A stretch of DNA of 64,000 nt, taken from Amoebophrya sp. A120 (Eukaryota > Protista > Dinoflagellata). This document shows positions 49,501 to 60,801 of this stretch, piece by piece. Each line of letters starts with the position of its first letter. The stretch's first letter is position 1. The notes beneath the pieces are model-generated. The model saw nothing but the letters and a program-made list of their open reading frames with translations. It was not told where the DNA came from and did no database searches. The stretch spans positions 6,047,860-6,111,859 of the forward strand of contig CAJINV010000001.1 in assembly GCA_905178155.1 (NCBI GenBank), written 5' to 3'. A program made the translations under genes and the position numbers.

Positions 49501-50191
49501 CGACGACGAGCAAGGAGAAGGACGACGCGGCGTAGAGGAGCCAGGAAACAGTCAAGGCCACCCTGCAATAAGGGCAAGAACAGGAAAAAATGTGCCGGGC
49601 TTCGTGAGCAGCAACATTCTTGGTGATCAGGCGTCGGATACGGAGGACGAGGAGGACGCCCGGTGCGAACAGGTCGCCGCCGAACTGGGGGATCTCATCG
49701 CGGTCGTGGGAAAGCCGGTGCGGGATTTGAGCACGCTGCTCGTAACGTTGGATAAGGTTCACATCTTGCTCCTCCGGCCGGCCCTGTGGGTCCTCCGGTT
49801 TCAGTACGACCGCATGTACAAGCAGCCGGTGTGTCTGCCGAGCCACATTTGCCCTTCGAAAAAACTCCTGTCGCGCGATGCGAATGTGGTTTGCGTTTAC
49901 ATCAGCACGTTCTACTTCATTCAGAAGTACGTCCGCCTTCTGATCCGCACGGGCAACGCGGGCGAGGGGTTTTTGCGCGTGCTCGGGCTCGCTCTACGCA
50001 CCGAACTTGTCGCAGTCGCGCTCGCGTGGTTCCTTTCAGAAGCGATCGGACAGGAGCGGGAACCATTTCTGTCGAATAAAGACGACGCTTACAAAAAGTT
50101 CTGCAAAGGTCGGGACCCCACGCAAAACGGCCCTAACGGAGGGCTCGGGATCTGCGGGACGCATGCGCAGGCAACCTATTGGAGTACGTAA
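46562..50191 (+). CDS. Large protein with split RING-CH (RINGv/MARCH-type) zinc finger, putative E3 ligase
   Basis: 1209-aa ORF. CYIC (48221)...LVRPCNCKQSVVHLPCLEQWL...KKCSVCKE fits the C4HC3 pattern. Hydrophobic C-terminal segments. Confidence 0.7.
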   Translation: MLLSDKIKRRKNCPGGTWFSRCHRFGVGHVLAGAALGTRGSDGSSFLRSSPRGAASNADLGIDADAASSARLGTDAQEGSTRGSSEYEHEDHRALGSAAANSSAGSSGLLGRRKAAAIAASSAAGAHQDGTTSARAHEEKKEPLSTGGERIFTPPSIITYAAPRPPPPSSLVAHEGTARGSCVSPPFLPEDSPLLSFHEAALRPAWSSPKSSSSSCYEQQLPPPNWATTSSPAEHDQHSHLSWTWAGLETRGGVIRRTTSTASTGIPEDDITPTQPQQLTPGSCSSSSSTARPYLTYYRPCSSTGAATPMSCTSSPGLSASSRGSPDFGLRKRTSFTTCEEEKNDFSFCGRSLQEDRPYKPDAVEEAVLLGLLPEPAEGEAAKICEELDELLLPPPAAPAADGTSCVVVDGCLLASSPAARSFRREESPPEDVRAAGEQTKMPSACLSSLPFLAKEDTEEEREEAKTVFRVLKQRLLPKCGEGFTDERPLNFFERSSCWAEVGSTQRGRGAAASPTTQLDDVELAEEVDSEDEEDPLGLWTGERETDLPQELACYICQGLFEESDEQLYEGFLGTEHTGTEDDIDTVIPPAEQEDERDEQEERWVNDAEMLVRRGIAKLHSVLAAKCRRRRPNHDPARADQAQGHARNAEVDDHLRNMNEQGRRARAVPSAKAAAMLKKLRRRLVRYSRLTARIQCSLAEIPAQLLVMSLILNGGMPNGFCDVLRILLYLVVDFYPFFWDAETVANTEEEVLSVMRRTLTLLSRVVVRAANQSAGVSTPDSREEERNSQYRFWAALREEVDLLTAQGGVRVEQLANEIQSARESLFRYLESGKVGDALGDCDLSNRLFRAEELRSCVQQPAAGGKKARSTCSSTSSSSAFDDDTTAAKRPASSISRRKDLLQRASLLVRPCNCKQSVVHLPCLEQWLAQKFPSSTGGSSASGKKCSVCKENLPQRLLNTLRDQRKRLREEIAKELQLISDDDEQGEGRRGVEEPGNSQGHPAIRARTGKNVPGFVSSNILGDQASDTEDEEDARCEQVAAELGDLIAVVGKPVRDLSTLLVTLDKVHILLLRPALWVLRFQYDRMYKQPVCLPSHICPSKKLLSRDANVVCVYISTFYFIQKYVRLLIRTGNAGEGFLRVLGLALRTELVAVALAWFLSEAIGQEREPFLSNKDDAYKKFCKGRDPTQNGPNGGLGICGTHAQATYWST

Positions 50192-51430
50192 CGAGCCAGT
50201 TGTTCCGTTTCAAGATTCTGCCGGAAAAAAACGGTTTCCGCTTCGCGTTCGCCTGCTTTTCGTGTTACTAGTGTCCAACTAAGCAGCAGAGGATTGCTTG
50301 TTGTTATGGAGTGGGAGAAGAGGAATTCGATCTGGATATAGAATGCGAATTCTTTTGGTCCGTACCATTGAAACTGGGTGGAGGGTAGTTTCCTCAAAGT
50401 GCTCGCGAACGATGCAACTGGGCGAGAAAGCCGATTTTGCCGCGAGTCCACGAGAAATTAATTGTGTGAATCCTAAAATACATGCATCATCGGGGTAGTT
50501 GTAACCCTAAGTAAATCATAATCTATCATGTTGTTTTGACTCTGTTACTTAGTGTTTCGAATATGGAACTGTATTTGGTTTTGATAAGGATTAGGATTTG
50601 GAAGGACGAGAACCGGAAACGGCGAATTGACCATTTTGGTTTGCGAACCATAAGCAACTGATATATAGAAAATTATGTAGAGATCTAATAGCCTTTGGTC
50701 GTGGTCAACATATTGATGGCTGCGATAAGCTGTCCCGGACGCACTGAATGAACGGCCGCCCGCGAAGATAAGCATCATGTTGATGTTAAATGAAGAAAAA
50801 CTATCGCAACCGGTCCGCCGACTCTGTCTAGACATGTTCGTTGTAGATGTTGACTAGCGTTTTGCTAGGCCCAACAGCATCAGCATCAACATGTATTGCT
50901 GCATTAATACATAGCCCTTGCCAATAAATTTTCGGACTTTTTGGACCTCACCTCCCTGATTTCCGTTTTGTACCCGTTAAAAAAGATGAGAAGCGTCGAT
51001 GTTGATCCACCTGTCGCACCCGCCGCTTGCCTCAGGTCTGCTTCTAGTGCGGCGGAAGCAAAACAGGTGAAATTTTCTTGCTTCCGCTCTACTATGTGTG
51101 TTCGGAACTGCAAGGCTGCGCCACTGGTCGTCCCGAATAGAATAAGTAAACGATCGTGCTGTGCTTGTTCCGAGTCACACATTGCAGCTCCGCCGTCGGT
51201 GTCCTGAAAAATCGTACGTTACAATCTACGATAATGATACTCCGTAGTTGAGTAAACCTACCTTCTACCATATTCGTTTGGCGCAAAAAAAAGTTGAAGT
51301 CGTCTACTCAACTTCGCAGCCCCGTGGCCGTTATTTCCTTTTACATGCCTCTTACGTATGCAGATGAACATGCAGTGTGAATCACCTTTCGTTCAATCAT
51401 GATAATGTTTTCCTGGTCAGCATCGACAGC

Positions 51431-54400
51431 ATGAGTTCCCTCGACAGCATTGTGGGTGTTGCGGTCGCGAAGGCGCTGACCAACACCTCGTATGAAAAAC
51501 GGAAGCAGGCCGCGTTGGAACTGGAAAAGGTGGTCAAAGAAGCGCCGAAGGACCGTGTGCTACAGATTCTGATTCTGCTTCGCGACTATGTGGAATCGCC
51601 CACTGCCAACGTCCGCAAGGGAGGCCTCATCGGGCTCGCAGCCGCTGCCATCGGACTGGACACGCACACTTTTTTACGCACAGTAAAATCAAGCGAAAAC
51701 GGCGCTTCGCAGCAGACCAGTGGAAAGAGTGGGAGGTGAGGTCATGTGATAGTAGCAGCAGAACGACCTTAGTAGAGCCACAGCAGTAGCTGACGATATG
51801 AAAGTAGACGAACCACAAGCATGCACTTTTTTTCGTCGGATCCATCTGCCTGTCGAATCTTGTAGATAAGAAGGCGCTGTTTGATTAGTTTGAATCAAGG
51901 AGCACGTCGGAGGAATGTCCTTGTCTTTGTGGGCAATCAATCCAGAGTTTCAGTTTTTTAACTCATAAAAGGTCTCCACGCGACCATGTTTATGTTTTGT
52001 AACCTTCACACAGGCCTCGCGACGGCGGCGATTTTTTCTCGCGCTTGATTGCGGAGCACTACCCGAAGGATACGGACGGCGCGGATCTTGCTACTAGTCC
52101 AGCGGATGAGGTGGACTCGAAGGCGGTGGACGGAACGACGGGGTCTTCCACCTTGCAAGCTGGCGGCTCGTCCTCGTCAAGTGCACGGTATGTTGCTTCC
52201 GGTGCGGTGGCCGGAGATCGTGGTGCATTTCCAGGAGACATCAACTCCAGAGCCGGATTATTACTGGATGACGCCACCGCTTCGGTTGAAGCCGGAACAC
52301 CAGGACATGTGGGCGCGGGAACAACTGCAGGAAATATGGCGGTGAGCAGTGAGTACAAGGACTTTTGGGACGACTATATCGAGTTCCTCGTCCCCCCAGT
52401 GTTGTCCGTCTTCGAGGACGAACACCCGCGGGTTCGCTACTACGCCTGCGAGGCCATGTACAACATCATCAAGGTCGCCAAACCCATGCGGTATTTCAAC
52501 GAAATTTTCGACGGCACTGGCCGCCACACTGCGGATCCGGACAAGGACGTGAAAGCGGGGGCGGTGTACCTGGACAAGGTTCTGAAGGACGTGGTTACAG
52601 ACGCGGACGCGGTCGGCAAACACGGTTTTCGCACCGTTTTTTTGCCGCGGTTCATGCCTCTCCTCAGCGAGCGCATCCAGAGCAAGAACCCGTTTCTGCT
52701 CTCCTTCCTCCTGGGCTGGGTGCAGCTCCTGCAGACACTGCCCGACCTGGATCTGTACCCCTACCTGCCTTCGCTCCTCCCCGGCCTGTTCGGCATGCTG
52801 GGGGAGAACGTGAAGGACTTGCGCGTGAAAGCCGACTTTTGTCTCGCCAATTTTCTGAAGGGGCTGCGGTCATCGTTCTCGACGTCACCGGGTGCCATGA
52901 ACTTCTTCGGACAGGGCGTGGAGTCGCCGCTGCTTGCTCCGCAACTGCAGCTCGGGTCGCAGGATCTGCGCCGGCTGAGGCACCGCGTGGTGCACACGAC
53001 CACGCCTATTTTGGTCGACATCGTGCGGAACATCCACGGCGAGATGCGGCGGAAGCCGGGCGCGAACACGATCGCCCAGACGCGTACGTGGTCGTCGCAG
53101 CTCACCGCTGCGCTTGGCTGGCTGCAAAGTTTCGTTGAGTTCGCGACCAACGAGCTGGAAGAGCAGCGCAGCGCGGGGATAGCGAGAGGTTTCTCTGCAC
53201 CGGCAGCAGATGTTGATCCTGCGGTTTCTTCGCAGCAGCAGCAGCTTCTTTTGGAAGTAGAGGCAGAACTCTTCGCACCCGCACCACTGAGCGCGCCCGA
53301 CGACCCGGAGCCTTTCTCTCTGCTGCCCTTGTTTCTCACCGCTGTTCTTCCTTGTTTGGATTCGAACGACCGCGACACCGCGCGCATCGCGGTGGAAACG
53401 CACTCGGAGCTGCTGCAACTCGTGGACACCTCGGAATACGGCCGCGACATGAAGCGGCCGTTGCTACTGGCCCTGATTCGCTCTTTGCAGAAAGAGATGT
53501 CGCCGGACCTCATCGCCACGAAATCGACGGCCAGCGGGCCGCTGCGGCCAGCATCACGAGCGCCGAATTATGGTGGTGGGGTCGGTGGGGGTGGAGGACC
53601 AGGAGGGAACAAGAATAAACTGGAGCCGGCGATGAACACAACTGCCAGTCCAGGTGTCAACTCAACTGCCGCTGACGACGTGGTGCTGAAGACCGCGGCG
53701 CTGCAGTGGCTTTGCATGTTGCTATCGAACCGGCCCGAGGAGATGTTGGAACTGAGCATGGAGCTGTTCGACCCCTTGTTTCAGACCTTGTCGCACCCCG
53801 ACACCGAGGTCGTCATCGCGGCGCTACAGGTTTTCGCCCGAATCATGAACGAGGCAAAGGTGTCTACGCTAAACGCGGCGGAAAACTTGCAGGACGTAGC
53901 GCAGGAGCAAAAAGACTGGAGCAAGACGCAACAGAGCAAAAGTCTCGCCGCAGCCGGGATGCTGGTGACCAGTTCTTCCGCAGGGGGCGGTGCATCATCA
54001 GCTGCACCTTCAGGAGCGACTACAACCGGCACCTCCGCAAATAAAAGCAGTAAAGTGAAGAGTCGTACCGTGGTGTTACAAGAGAATCTACCGCAGAGAA
54101 CCGGGGCAAGCACTCCGGTCTCCATGTCTAGTGTCGGTGGTGCATCCTCTTCGCCGGGTTCGCGAATTCCTCCGGCGGTGTTAGCTGCAGGGGAAGGCGG
54201 GATGAAACAACTGCAAGAGCAGCAGCAGAGCAGTCAGCCGGAGCGCATCCGGATTTCCAAGCTGTTCCAGGGAGTGTGTCGAAAATTGCTGGACCTGTTC
54301 CGGATCGATTCGCAAATGTTCGACCAGCGCGGCCGGCTCGTCGTCAGGCAGCTTTGCGACAAACTAGACTGCGAGCTGTTTTACCGTACGGTGGCGGGGA

Positions 54401-55323
54401 TTATCAGCGAAGAGCGCGAGCTGCTGAACAACGCAAACGCCACTGTTGTCGTTTCGTCCTCCATGACCAGTCGGGCCGCCGCGGTCCAACGCCACCGGCA
54501 GTTCCTCGCCCAGGCCGTCGAGATGTGGCACTGGATCTTGCTGACCAGTCGGGAGACCGCGCACTTGCGGGACCGGCTTTTGCGGGAGAAAGTAGGCGGA
54601 ACTGCCGACGTGGAAGTTCTGGAAGCAGCAGTTGTTGCCATGAACAAAAGCAGTGCGACGAAGGCGAAAACTACGTCATCCCGAGAACAAGAATTGACGA
54701 GCAAAACATCTTCAAAAGAGGACAGTGCGGCGAAGAGCAAGGAGGAAAAATCCCAACAAGATGAACAGAATGAACGAAACGTCGACTCATCCAACGCAAA
54801 AAATACTCAACCATCTTCAAAAACGACTTCGTTGTTTGTCACTTTGCTTCTGTCCTGGGTTTCTGACCCCCTGAGTGCGGTGTCCCTGGCTCTGTGGTGC
54901 GAGCAGTACGAGTTGGCGCACCGGCTGTGTCAGCGTCTAGCCGCGGCGCAGAGCAGCTGTACGGAAAACTTCCTGAATCAGCTGGATCAGCTGGTGCACT
55001 TGTTCGAGAGCCCAGTGTTTCTGCGGGCGCGCATGCACCTGCTCACGCCGCGGAAGTTTCCCGACCTGGTGAAAACGCTGGTCGCTTTGTGCATGATGCT
55101 GCCGCAGTCCTCCGCCTTCGACCTGCTGCAAAAGCGGCTCGCGCTAAGCCAAAACGGGCTCGTACTCGAGGAAAATGTGTCCATGGAGGAGTTTTTGGAC
55201 AATGGTGAAAGAGACGGAGCAGGACGACGAGTCGAGGGTGAGGACAATCAGCAGCGACCAGTTGTTGCGAAACTCCCAACCGAACAGGTTGCGAGGGTTG
55301 TCCGCCTTCTTGTGCTTCAGTGA
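51431..55323 (+). CDS. VAC14: VAC14 homologue (PIKfyve/Fab1 complex scaffold); GT-AG intron 51736-52013; 3' end may include a further exon
   Basis: LTNTSYEKRKQAALELEKVV; RKGGLIGLAAAAIGL; LVPPVLSVFEDEHPRVRYYACEAMYNIIKV; LDQLVHLFESPVFLRARMHLL; MMLPQSSAFDLLQKRL. Confidence 0.95.
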
Positions 55324-56052
55324 ATGCCGCTATTTGACGGATTTGCATTTGCCGTAATGCAGATCTGCATCTGCTTCCACAGGACATTCGAAATATAGAA
55401 GATAGTGATAGATGGAATACAACATCTTCACGCTGCTATTTGACGCTTGGCCCCATTAGCTGCATCAGGAGGGGCGTTGTGGTGTGATGGTGTTGCGTGT
55501 TCATGGAAATATGGTCGCCGCAATTCTGCGGCCTTTCGCATGTGCTGCATCAGCAGCCAAAATGAACGAATTCGAGTTTTCCTAAGTTTGAGCGAATGGC
55601 ACCTGACATGAGTTTTTCCTATCATCATTCAACACTGGTTTGAAAGTGTAGGGAATCAGGTAAGTACGTAGCGAATTATCATGTAGTCGGTCGGACCACC
55701 TTGGTTTGCTTCGTTGGTCACAGTCTTTCGTGATGGGCTTGTTGTCACCCGGGGATACGAGTATCCTTTTGCCTCGGAGCCCAATCAGGCTGTCCTCGTT
55801 GCAATGAGCCAGGTCGCAGTTACGTGGAAGGGCGAGAAAGGCGAAGGAAGAAAAATGAACCCGGGTGGTTGGTCCTGGGGACGATCGTTCTTGCAGCAGC
55901 AGGACCCCGTTGACGTCGCAGGATTACACAGTAAGGACATGAAGATCGACATGCCCGAAATTATGACGAGGGCAAGCAGCTGGGAGCGCATACGAAAGCG
56001 AAGAATACAAACGAAGCTACGACCAGGATGTTGGTTATCCTTTCTTCACGAG

Positions 56053-59000
56053 ATGAAAACTATGAAAGAACGCAGAGCGGCTTGTTTTCTCGTAACACGT
56101 CCCACAATAGCGAATCTAGGTGGCTCCCGGGCGCTCATCTTCACACTTTTCGTCCTTGCAGTTGCTTTTCTTCACCCCCTTCTCTATTCTAACCTCTTCG
56201 CCCAGGCACAGAAGACGGTCGCGAGTCTTGGCGACCCCTGCGACTGCAATCAGAACCACGACTATTGGCAAACCATGATCGACACCATGCTCCTGCACCT
56301 CACCCCGGAACTTCCGAACGCGCTGTTCGCGAAGGGGTCGGCGTCGGAGTCTTTCTTCGGGAAGCAGAGCTGCATCTGGAGCTCGGACAACGAGGACTCG
56401 CACCGCCTGGCGGCGTTGTCCGACTGCATTCCGGGGTTCGTGGCGATGAAGATTTCGTGTGTGCAGCACCTGGTCTGGAAGGCCTATGAGGCCATGACGG
56501 AGTCGAAGGACCCAGAGAACAACGACGATCCGCTATCCTGAGTAAAAACGTACCCACGCCAGAGTTGTAATGCAGATTCGCAAAGACAGGATGACTTGTA
56601 ATGCGCATCCCCATGAGAGCCATTTCCAATCGTGTTTTGGAATTTGTGATGCTGTGAACAGGATGAGCAGCTGGATTTGTGACGCGGCTGCACTTGCTAA
56701 CCTGCACTACACTGCAGCTTGTCATGCGTGACTCACAAAACTCCTAGGTTTGTGTTGCAAAATCCTCATCCTAACTCTGGCGTGGGTACGTTTTTACTCA
56801 GGATATCCGCACTTTGTGGATGCCAAAGCCAGCGTCGATCTGGTATGGCGCTCTCAACTGTTACATTCTCAACTGTTACATGAATTTGTCATGCAAAAAC
56901 CGCAATTGGGAAAGGGGCAAGCTTGCAAGTCTTGCATCACAAATTTGGCATGGATTTAGATGCTATTTAGCCCTTCGACAATTTGTCATGCGAAGCAGCT
57001 TGATTGTCTTGCGGCTCATGGTCATTTTGCATGACAAATCATGTAACAGTTGAGAATGTAACGTTTGAGAACGCCATATCTGGCGCTGGGGCACATGGCG
57101 GAAGTGTTGCGGACCGCGGCGTTCGGGATATAACAGTGCACAACTCCCCCTCCCCCTCATTTGTCATGCAAAATACCCAATCCACCCTTTGCCTCTTGGC
57201 ATTGTTTGCATGACAAGTTCTGGTAGCCCAAATAGCACTACACTCCACTGCAAATTTGTCATGCAAAAACAGCACTCTTTCTCTTGCTGATGCTTGTATT
57301 GCTGTTCATGCTATACAAATGAGGGGGAGGGGGAGTTGTGCACTGTCATACGGGAAAGATTGCATGGACGAGTCTGTGTGGCCGGTGTCGATGAACGATA
57401 TCTACACCAACTACATCCGCTTTTACCGCACCCACAGCTACTACCGCGTCACCGAGAACATGCTGAAGGCCCTGGTCTGGGTGTCCGAGACCTGCGCGAC
57501 CTCCGCCGATTGCGTGGGCGGCAACGTCGCCGGGCGTAGGTGCAAGCACGGTCGGTGCGTCGCACCCGAAGATCCGGGGCTGCTTGCGGGAAAGGATTCG
57601 GACGTGCAATACTTCTGTGCGCAGCCCGGGGGCTATCTGGACGGGGCGGGCCGTTGCTGGCACATGGGCAACGAAGGAGAATCGTGCAACGAAGTGTGCG
57701 AATATGCGGGATCGAGGCCCGACCCAGCGTACTTCCCCGATAAGCACCGGCACATGACGACACCAATATTGCGGGCGAAGAGCGAGAGTGTGGTATAGTA
57801 CACAGGAAGCGTGCTGTTTATTTTTCTTGTAGGTTCGGCCTCGGCAGCTTCCGGTGTTGGGTTTCTTTTGCTAGTGTTCTAACTAGGGGAAAGAAGCAGA
57901 CGCACTATCTACCTACCGCATTGACGTATCATCGTCAACATAAAAATTCTCATCCAGGTAATCCTGTTGATGAACGATCCCTGGATGGAGCAGGAGTGCT
58001 ACGTGCGTTCACAAAGCCGTTTCCACCCAAGCATCGAGATCCCGCCCGCGTTGCGCGAGCGGCACCAGCTCCCGGAGAAGGAGGACTTCAGAGACCCGAA
58101 CTGCTTGCTCTCCTGCCAGTGCGAAAAAATCGCCGTCCGCCTCGACCAGATCGGCACGGAGAAGGAAAAGCCTTTTTCCGATTGCGTGTATGACATCCGG
58201 CACATGTGTGTGTCCGAGGGAATTTTTCGGCAGTCCGTCAACTACCACGATCCCGATGCTTTCGAGGAGGGCGGCATGTTCCGCGCTTGTTCCGAGGTGG
58301 GGCAAACGCTGTTCAAGTTCGACATGAGTTCCAAGCTCTACCCCGAGCACCCGATTGCCACCGACAAGGTCGCGTTCCTGCTCCCCGTGACCTTCAAGCT
58401 CACGTCCACCTGGCACGGGCTGCATTCTCTGGTCGCGCCGTTCGTCATGCTGTACCTGGAGCCGGAAAAGTACGGGTTTTGGCAAAACGGGCAAAAAGTG
58501 GACCTCTTCCTGATCAACCAAAACCTCGAGCGCGATGTGGAGCACTGGAACAAACTTTTAGGGTACGACACCATGAAGTTCGACGGCAGGTACGGCTGGT
58601 TCGCGCGCTTCCTGCAGGCTTTCGAGAATGCGAACGTGATTTCCCAAGGCTACGAAAACATCAACCAGTGTTACGACAAGGTCGTGTTCGGCCACGAGCT
58701 GATGATGTACAGCGGCGGGGGCTACACGACGAAGGAGCACGTCCAGTTCTTCACGCGGAAGATGAAGAACTTTTTCCTCGGCGGCGGGCTGCAGCGCAAA
58801 GGCGCAGCCATGCTGGCGGAGGGGCGAGACCCGGAAGAAAAGCCGTTCTACCGCGGGCGCGCGAAGGGCGGGGACGAAAACGACGCGAACACGGTCTACA
58901 CCTTCATCGAGGAAAACGCCGACCAGGCGCGCGCGAGGAGGGCGCGGGAGGAGGAGAGACGGGGGCCACTGGTCGAGTTTTCGGACCCGCGGGACGGCTT

Positions 59001-60030
59001 CGTCGTAAAACTGCGGAAGGACGAATTTTTGGAAACAGTTCACGCTCCAACAGATGAGAGCAGCGGAGAAGGAGCTTCTGCTGGTACTAGTAGTGGTGCT
59101 CCACCTGCTCGCATTGTCGATGTGAACTGGCGGTTCAAGTCGGAGAAGAAGCTGTTTCTCGTGCAGGACCGAATACCGGGGAAGTCGTTTCACCGGTTTG
59201 TGGAAAACATGAACGACGTCGTACGTTACATCGAGCTTGCGCTGGCGCTCCCCGGTCGCGAGGACGAGTGGGTGATCGAGCGCCACGACTTTGCCGCGCT
59301 GGACTTCGTCGAGCAGGCCCGTCTCGCCAGCAAGTCGCGCATCATGTTCGGTGCGCACGGCGACGGGCTGGCGTGGGGCTTGTTCATGGAACCGAACTCC
59401 GTCGTGATGGAAGCCGTGCCGATCCGACGCGGGGGCTACCAAGTCTGCGACGAAGGGCGGAACAAAAACCGACGGGGAATTTTTGGCGGGCTACTCAAGT
59501 TCGCAAAGGATGTCACACACGTACTTATTGCTGATTTACCAATCTAGGTTTTTTCTTTTTGTTGATGGCGTAAGTACCTACGTTAAGTGCTGCCAGCGTA
59601 AAGCAAAGGTCGCTGAAGTTTTCTATGTCACAGTTGCAATGGATCGTGGATCATGCCACAAAAAGCGGCGAGACCACATGAGCACCTTCATCTGGGAAGA
59701 TGATCACCGAGATTCAAATCTAGATCAGAATTCCATTTACCTCCATCACAGATTTGCTGGGCGAACCCGCGGGGCGAGAAGTCGGCGATCAACATAACGA
59801 CCGATGTGTACGATTGGAATTGGCGCATGCTGAACCTGGACATTGACATGATGAAGCTCGCGCACTGGCTCCGCGTGGCGCTGTGGACGGTGAACGTAGG
59901 GTTAACCGATGCGGAGTATGCGCACGTCCAGAACGCGCTCGTCCAGTTTTACCAGGAGAAGGGCGAATTTCCTCCGGCCTGGGGGGAAATGAACGAGCAG
60001 CTCGCGGCCATGAACCAGCAACACGGCTGA
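56053..60030 (+). CDS. GT61 (DUF563)-like glycosyltransferase with N-terminal anchor and Cys-rich segment (multi-exon)
   Basis: Hydrophobic ALIFTLFVLAVAFLHPLLY; WHGLHSLVAPF; FAALDFVEQARLASKSRIMFGAHGDGLAWGLFMEPNSVVMEAVP fits the GT61 G.HGAGL motif. Three introners plus GT-AG introns. Start uncertain. Confidence 0.75.
56534..56805. mobile_element. Introner family B, TSD tccgc
   Basis: tatcctgagtaaaaacgtacccacgccagagtt...aactctggcgtgggtacgtttttactcaggata with perfect tccgc flanks. Removal gives NDDPHFVDAK. Confidence 0.95.
56844..57078. mobile_element. Introner, TSD tctgg
   Basis: tatggcgctctcaactgttacattctcaactgttacatga...tcatgtaacagttgagaatgtaacgtttgagaacgccata with perfect tctgg flanks. Confidence 0.93.
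57129..57350. mobile_element. Introner, TSD cggga
   Basis: tataacagtgcacaactccccctccccctcatttg...caaatgagggggagggggagttgtgcactgtcata with perfect cggga flanks. Removal gives AFGKDCMDE. Confidence 0.93.
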
Positions 60031-60801
60031 AGTGCTTGTCCTTGTGATGAGTTCTGGGCCGCAGTACTTGGAGGACTTCGGTTCATCTTTTATGCAGTTG
60101 TTGAGCTTCAATGTATGAGTTATCGTTTTCATCGAGCTTCTTGAACTTCTTTTCGTCTACTTGGACTTCGTTATCGGAAACCTCTCAAAATGAATTTCAA
60201 CATTAACGTCAACGAACTCGTGTAGTCACCATCCACATTTACAATTTCTGAACATCGCATTCGTTCCGCGCTGCGCATATTGGATGACATACAAGAAAAG
60301 CATACTGTGTCCTCTCTGGTAGTCTCGTAGAATGCACTAGGCTTGGACACTTGGAGAAGGTGGTCCAGCTTGTCAATTTCACCAAGAGTCGTAAGTACAG
60401 CAAAGAACAAAGTAGACAAGCGATGTAATGTCGCTATTTGTTGCATCGATCCTGTTTGGGGTCCTCCCAGAAGACGCACATTTATTGTCGCGGCGCCGGT
60501 GGAGCTAGGTCCGGGCCTCGGACCAGGTGGAAGCTGTGGCTGACGAATCTTCCGATGTTTCACCAGCACGCGTGCATTTAGAGGGATTTTTGGCGGGTAA
60601 AGAAACAGGACAACGACACCCATTCCCATTCACAAGCCAAGGAGCGAGGAGAGACCGAAGAGGGATTTCTTGCTAGGTTCTGACGGAGCAAGACGTGCAT
60701 TAGACTCAGGGTAGGTTCAATACCAATTACTGTACAATACGGCGTTTGCGACTTTTTGTAAATACTAGGATTGTTGTAGTGTCGGCATTTTCGCATTCGC
60801 A

